A stretch of DNA of 64,000 nucleotides from an uncultured Candidatus Rokubacteria bacterium. Its GTDB lineage: Bacteria; Methylomirabilota; Methylomirabilia; Rokubacteriales; CSP1-6. This document shows, in pieces, positions 59,125 through 64,000 of this stretch (position 1 is its first letter; each line of letters begins with the position of its first letter). A program made the translations under genes and the position numbers. The notes beneath the pieces are model-generated. The model ran no database searches. It was not told the DNA's origin and saw nothing but the letters and a program-made list of their open reading frames with translations. The stretch is from contig CAWBMV010000021.1 in the NCBI GenBank assembly GCA_963789955.1, forward strand, positions 32,001 to 96,000, given 5' to 3'.

Positions 59125-61621
59125 TGAAGCCGGTCCGGATCAATTCTCGGCCGTACGCTTCGGCCTCGGCTGATGTCTGGAATTGCCCGATCGAGACCGT
59201 CCCGGGCTCGGGCCCCTTCTGGCTCGGCAGGCCGGAGAGCCGAACCGTGAAGGTCTCGGGGCGAGCGGCCTCGCGAGCCAGCGGCCATGGCGCCTGCGCG
59301 CTGGCCGGAGCGGTCTGACCGATTTCCGAGCTCGACCGTGGCAGAACCGGCCGACCGGCGCGCCAGCGCCACGCTCCGGTGGTGAGAACTAGAAGCGCCA
59401 GGATGATCGCCGCGCTCCATCGGAGCACGCGCCATCGGTTCGCTACCAATCCTCGCGTCCTCCCGGGCTTGGCCGACTCGACCTGCGATCCGTAGCGATA
59501 GCCGTACGACGCCATCTCCGCGTAGTCAGTGCTCAAGTCGGGTCGCACGCCGCTGAGGCAGACGCCGAGCAATCGAGTGCTCGTCGCGTCCAGTAAGGCC
59601 TTGGCCCGTCTGAGCGCGACGCGGGGCATGTGTCCCACCCGGATGACGAGCAGGGTCACGTCTGCGCGCGAGGCCAGGATGGCCGCGTCAGGCACCGGCA
59701 AGATCGGGGAGGAGTCGAGGATGACATAGTCGTACTTCGCGCGAGCTTCGGTCAGAACCTTGACGAGCCCCTGAGAGCTCAGAAGCTCGGATGGATTGGA
59801 CGGCGAATAGCCGCTGAGCAGGACGAAGAAGTTGTCCATGCCCGGAGAGTCGAGCAGGCGCTCCATGCCGGCCTTGCCCATCATCAGCTCGGCGATGCCG
59901 AGGGTCACGTCACCGAGACTGACGGACCCGAGCACGGCCTCCGCCAATCCCGGCGCCTTCACGAGCCCGAGGGCGTGACGGATGTATGGCCTTCGGAGAT
60001 CGGCCTCGACGAGCAGCGTCTTCTTGCCGAGCTGCGCGAGCGTGATCGCCAGATTGAGGGCGACCGTCGTCTTGCCCTCCATCTGCGAGCCGCCCGTCAC
60101 CAGAATGGTCTTGAGGTCTCGCTCGAGGGTGGCGAAGACCACATTCGTGCGAAGACTGCGGAAGGCCTCGGCCAGCCGCGCCTTGGGAGCGAAGAGGCTC
60201 GTGAGAAACGGGTGCCGGCCGGCGTCATCCGGCGAGGCCACCTCTGTCGGCTCGTCGGCGAGATCCAGCTTGGGGTCAAGCGCGGGGATGACTCCGAGGA
60301 CGCGCGTCTCCATCAATGACTCGACTTCATCGATGGCCCCGATCGAGTTGTCGAGCGCCTCGACGAGAAAGGCCAGAATCAGGCCCAAGATGAGCCCGAT
60401 GAGGAGTCCGAACTGCGCCCGCGCGAGAGCGTGCACCGGATTCACCGGCGCGGTGACCGCGATCGCGGGCCTCACGATGCTGACCTCGGCACCACGCTCC
60501 TTTTCCTTGATCAGCGCTTCCTGCAGCCGCTCCTTCAGGAGCGAGAAGATTCGCTCGTTGACCTTCACATCCCGCTCGATCCGGGTGGCTTCGAGCGCCG
60601 CGCCCGGCAGTGCTGCCTGCTTGGCCTTGACGCTCGCGATGGCGATCTGGGCCTCGGTGGCGTGGGCGCGCAGGACCTGAAGCTTCGACGACAGCGCTTG
60701 CACGAGGGTGGCTCGGACGTTGGCGATACGAGCTTCGACGCCTTTGACCTGCGGATGGGTCGGCAAAAGGGTGAGCAGGAGATCCTGGCGCTCGACGGAG
60801 AGCTCGTTGAGAGAGGCCTGGAGCTTGGCCATCGCCGCGTCGCCGTCCGCCGAGAAGGCCGCGAGACGGTTTCCGGCGCGTCCTTCTTCGACGAGCCGCA
60901 GCTGGGTCTCCACGGTGCTGATTTCTCTCTTGATCCGGTCGTACTCCGCTTCCTGGAGCGCCCGGCGTCCCGAGGCTGCACGGAGCTCCTCCGGCACCGA
61001 AAGCCGCTGGTCGGCCTCCTGGAACACCTTCATCTGCTCTTCCGACTGGCGCAGGCGCTGCCCTACCTCTTTCAGCTGCGCCTCGATGAAGCGCCGAGCC
61101 TCCACGATCTGCTGCGTTCGGCTCGCGATGTTCTCGTCGCGGAAGGCTTCGGCCACGCTGTTGGCGACCAGCGCCGCGTTTGTGGGATCGGGAGACGTCG
61201 CGGAGATCTCGATGAGGCTCGTGCCGGCCGATCGCATGACTTGCAGCCGCCCGGCCAGGTCGCTGACGGTATCCTGATAGCGCGCGGAGGCTAGGATGTC
61301 TCCGGGCGTGACCTCTCGCGGAATCAGGCCGAGCTTGACGGCGGCGCGCCCGACGACCGGGAAGCTCGTGATGAGGGCAACCTGAGTTTCCATGTCGCCG
61401 ACCGGGCTGATGTTGAGCACGTCGTTGAGGAGCAGCCCGGACACGTTGACGGCCCGCTCGAAGCGCACCGCGGCCGTCGCGCGATAGACCGGCGTGGGCG
61501 CCATCAGCAGCGTCATGGCGAGCGTGCCGAGAGTCATGACGACGCTCACCATGGCGACGAGCCACGCCCGGCGACGGACGATCCGCCAGCAGTCCCGCGG
61601 ATTGAAATCGTACTGGGTCAC
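59081..61621 (-). CDS. wzc: Polysaccharide co-polymerase / tyrosine autokinase with extra C-terminal TM and tail domain
   Basis: N-terminal TM, P.YRATA, coiled coil, second TM, AEAFRSLRTN, Walker A EGKTT, EADLRRP, VILDSSP, Tyr cluster DYAEMASYGYRY. Confidence 0.9.
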   Translation of the reverse strand: MTQYDFNPRDCWRIVRRRAWLVAMVSVVMTLGTLAMTLLMAPTPVYRATAAVRFERAVNVSGLLLNDVLNISPVGDMETQVALITSFPVVGRAAVKLGLIPREVTPGDILASARYQDTVSDLAGRLQVMRSAGTSLIEISATSPDPTNAALVANSVAEAFRDENIASRTQQIVEARRFIEAQLKEVGQRLRQSEEQMKVFQEADQRLSVPEELRAASGRRALQEAEYDRIKREISTVETQLRLVEEGRAGNRLAAFSADGDAAMAKLQASLNELSVERQDLLLTLLPTHPQVKGVEARIANVRATLVQALSSKLQVLRAHATEAQIAIASVKAKQAALPGAALEATRIERDVKVNERIFSLLKERLQEALIKEKERGAEVSIVRPAIAVTAPVNPVHALARAQFGLLIGLILGLILAFLVEALDNSIGAIDEVESLMETRVLGVIPALDPKLDLADEPTEVASPDDAGRHPFLTSLFAPKARLAEAFRSLRTNVVFATLERDLKTILVTGGSQMEGKTTVALNLAITLAQLGKKTLLVEADLRRPYIRHALGLVKAPGLAEAVLGSVSLGDVTLGIAELMMGKAGMERLLDSPGMDNFFVLLSGYSPSNPSELLSSQGLVKVLTEARAKYDYVILDSSPILPVPDAAILASRADVTLLVIRVGHMPRVALRRAKALLDATSTRLLGVCLSGVRPDLSTDYAEMASYGYRYGSQVESAKPGRTRGLVANRWRVLRWSAAIILALLVLTTGAWRWRAGRPVLPRSSSEIGQTAPASAQAPWPLAREAARPETFTVRLSGLPSQKGPEPGTVSIGQFQTSAEAEAYGRELIRTGFITSFVVVPLPPSDP

Positions 61622-61631
61622 GAAGCGGTCT

Positions 61632-62690
61632 CTACTTGATGAGATCCCGGATCACGAAGTAGCTGGTGGCCCCCTGAAGCGGAATCGTCAGGAATTCGAG
61701 CGTGGGGCGGAGCTGCCCGAGGAACGCGTTCCAGTCGCCGATCTTGCTCCGCGGAATCACGATCAGATCGTTCGTCTGGAGCACGATGTCTTGGCTCCGG
61801 TCGGGCGCGTCGGTGAAACTCGTCGCGTAGACATCGACGATCTGCGGGCTGTGCAAATCCCCTCGGACCACTCGGACACTGTCCAGCACCGCGGTGGGGG
61901 TAGGTCCGCCGGCCATGGCCAGGACCTGAGAGAGCCGGATATTCGGCGTGAAGGGATAGACTCCCGGGCTCTTCACTTCGCCGATGACATACACCTTACG
62001 TTGTTCGTCCGGCGTTCTGGTCGGAACGAACACCACGTCGCCCGCGTCGAGGATCAGCTCCCGAAACCGCTGGCCCTCGGAGACGATGCGGAGCAGATCG
62101 ACCGTGTAGGAATCACCCCCGCGCCGCAGCAGCCGGATCGCGCGCGGGTCGGCGTTCGACGTCAGCCCTCCGGCTTGCGCGAGGAGATCGACGAGATTCG
62201 TCTTGCCTTTCAGCGGGAACACGCCGAGCTTCGGAACCTCGCCAAGGACGGAGACCGTCTTGCTTGCGTACTCCTTGATCATCACCTCGACGGTGAGCTG
62301 CCGGTAGGTGGGCGCCAGCACCCGGCGGATCTCCTGTTCCGCCTGATCGGTCGTGAGCCCGTCGACGGCGGCCTCGAAGAAGCCAACGCTCACCTTCCCG
62401 TTGGGCTTCACCACCGCCGACATCCGGTCCAGGGCGAGCTCTCGAGCCAGCACGATGTCGAGAACATCGCCGGACCCGATGCGGTATCGAGCCGCGCCAT
62501 CGATCGTGACAAACGTTTGATTCCCCTCGACGGGCAGAGGGAGGACCAGGGGGGCGAGGGCTTCCGCCGGCGCCGCAGGAGGATTCGCCGCCGAGATGAC
62601 CGTGGGGACGTGCATCGGAAAATATTCGGATGCGCATCCGGCCGCGCCGAGTAACACCAACAACAGCCAGAGTCGGGGCAAGCGCCTCAC
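61632..62690 (-). CDS. wza: Polysaccharide export lipoprotein with SLBB domains
   Basis: Lipobox LGAAGC; YRIGSGDVL; V.PNG.V; two V.GEV..PG.Y/F SLBB repeats; D.IVIP.S..W amphipathic end. Confidence 0.85.
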   Translation of the reverse strand: MRRLPRLWLLLVLLGAAGCASEYFPMHVPTVISAANPPAAPAEALAPLVLPLPVEGNQTFVTIDGAARYRIGSGDVLDIVLARELALDRMSAVVKPNGKVSVGFFEAAVDGLTTDQAEQEIRRVLAPTYRQLTVEVMIKEYASKTVSVLGEVPKLGVFPLKGKTNLVDLLAQAGGLTSNADPRAIRLLRRGGDSYTVDLLRIVSEGQRFRELILDAGDVVFVPTRTPDEQRKVYVIGEVKSPGVYPFTPNIRLSQVLAMAGGPTPTAVLDSVRVVRGDLHSPQIVDVYATSFTDAPDRSQDIVLQTNDLIVIPRSKIGDWNAFLGQLRPTLEFLTIPLQGATSYFVIRDLIK

Positions 62691-63718
62691 AGAGCACCCA
62701 TCTCGGCTTCCCGATTCAGCATCGCCTCCGTGACGAATCCTTGAATGTGGAGAAAGGGGTGTTGGCTGAGATCGATCGCGTTCGGCTCCGTCACACGCTT
62801 GTGCTGGCGGACGAGAACGGTCAAGATCGGGCGAAGCGGAAAGCCGTCCTTCTTTGCCGCCACTCGGCAGATCTCGCCGGTGTTGAGACGCACGAGCGAG
62901 CCCACCGGAAGGGTCGCCAGGATACGAATCAGGGCTTTGAGGACCTGGTGGGGATAGGTGCCTCGCTCGCGCTTGAGAACTTCTTTGATGATCTCGGCAT
63001 GCCCGACGCCCGAGCGGACCGGCCGGCGGCGCACGAGCCCCTCGATGATCCCGGCGAGCCCGACGATGTGGGCGGGCTCGCGGCTGTCCGTGTCCTCGAC
63101 GTCGGCCGTGGCGCCGGCTCCGTTCGGGTGCTCCCGGAGCTGGGCGAGCACCGCCGCCGCACCCGGGTACCGGACCTTCAAACCTTGAACAACCTGCATA
63201 TCCTCCCCCGAGGCTCGAGCGACTCCGGCCTGATGGAGCAAGGCCGCCACGCCGAGCTCGAGCAGCGCATCGTGCGTATAGCTGAGCTGCGTCCCGATCT
63301 TCATCGCGAGCACGCAGCCATTCACGGCCGTTTCAGCCGCGTCGCCGGAGCCTCCGCCCGGGTTGAAGAACGGCAGCAGCAAGATGTCGCTGGTCTGGAC
63401 ACTCTCGAGGAGAGCCTTCAGCGGCGCCTCGAGCCCGGTGGCGGAAAACGACGTCCGAGCTCGAAGCGAGCGAAGCACCTTGTCGGTGATCGCCACGGCC
63501 CGATGAAACGCGTCATTGGAGCGCCGAAGATCTTGGGAGGGTTCGGCACCAATCGCAGGCGCGGCGCCGAAGCCGGCCGATTCGTCCGGGGCATCGCTCC
63601 AGCTTGCGTCGCCGGAGCGCGCGGGTTCAACCGCTCTCGGGATGTCCGCTGTCCGACCTCGCACGAGGTCGGCCATCGTCATCCGGTTTCTCCCCGACGC
63701 CTTCCTGGAGCTCGTCAT
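62687..63718 (-). CDS. Degenerate HD-GYP-like protein
   Basis: A.KIG..L.Y....L.ELG.AALLH.AG and C-terminal LPVGSLVRLNTGEIC.V......PLRP; metal-binding HD/HHE/GYP motifs absent. Confidence 0.65.
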   Translation of the reverse strand: MTSSRKASGRNRMTMADLVRGRTADIPRAVEPARSGDASWSDAPDESAGFGAAPAIGAEPSQDLRRSNDAFHRAVAITDKVLRSLRARTSFSATGLEAPLKALLESVQTSDILLLPFFNPGGGSGDAAETAVNGCVLAMKIGTQLSYTHDALLELGVAALLHQAGVARASGEDMQVVQGLKVRYPGAAAVLAQLREHPNGAGATADVEDTDSREPAHIVGLAGIIEGLVRRRPVRSGVGHAEIIKEVLKRERGTYPHQVLKALIRILATLPVGSLVRLNTGEICRVAAKKDGFPLRPILTVLVRQHKRVTEPNAIDLSQHPFLHIQGFVTEAMLNREAEMGAL

Positions 63719-63720
63719 GC

Positions 63721-64000
63721 TCAGGTGAGGGCGGCCGCCGCCATGACGAGAGGCACGTCGACCTCACGGACTTTTCGTCTCTGGCCTTCGTACAGGCAGA
63801 TGTCGCTGAGCTTGTTGACGTTCCGCAGAATTCCGCCGGTCTCCTTGTAGATCGCCCGCACCGCGTCTTCGGTGAAGATGGGCCTCGTCGCCCCGGCCCG
63901 CTCGAGGCGGAAGTCGATGTATTGAGCGGTCTCGCTCTCGTCCAGAGCCTCGAGACTCAGGCGTAGCGCCATCCGCTGACGGAGGGCATCCAATCCATCG
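63721..64000 (-). CDS. ExeA/GspA-type AAA ATPase, C-terminal part (start beyond window)
   Basis: ALRQRMALR..L..LD..ET..YI.FRL..AG....IF...A...IY..TGGI.R.VN.L.D. Confidence 0.85.
   Translation of the reverse strand, partial: DGLDALRQRMALRLSLEALDESETAQYIDFRLERAGATRPIFTEDAVRAIYKETGGILRNVNKLSDICLYEGQRRKVREVDVPLVMAAAALT

Noticed and set aside
1..64000. CRISPR arrays, tRNA/rRNA genes, IS elements, integrases, prophage genes
   Set aside because: No regularly spaced repeats or recognisable motifs for these were seen by inspection

Overview
GC-rich bacterial DNA. The gene content (many ABC transporters, paralogous zinc-ribbon/adenylate-cyclase/STAND/TPR proteins) resembles Ca. Rokubacteria/Methylomirabilota; this is an inference, not a database result. 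No rRNA, tRNA, CRISPR array or mobile element was seen. Many genes carry single-base frameshifts, densest at ~17.3-23.2 kb, most likely long-read consensus errors. Most of the window is accessory metabolism and signalling: four ABC systems, a CobB/CbiA amidase, a GMC oxidoreductase, a secreted metzincin, hydantoinase A/B, a 2-hydroxyacyl-CoA lyase/oxalyl-CoA decarboxylase, an FHA-kinase-lipoprotein-PP2C operon, a tandem CE7 esterase pair, and LLM/AhpD genes. The main find is a compact, translationally coupled putative RiPP cluster at 52923-59124: S26-type peptidase (with GNAT-like tail), stand-alone PqqD/RRE, three paralogous radical SAM enzymes, a 64-aa precursor (YxxPxL leader, three Cys, duplicated KQGN, C-terminal Ser-Ser), an HPr-kinase-like P-loop protein and a nucleotidyltransferase. 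It has no lasso cyclase and abuts a convergent Wza/Wzc/ExeA-like surface-polysaccharide locus.
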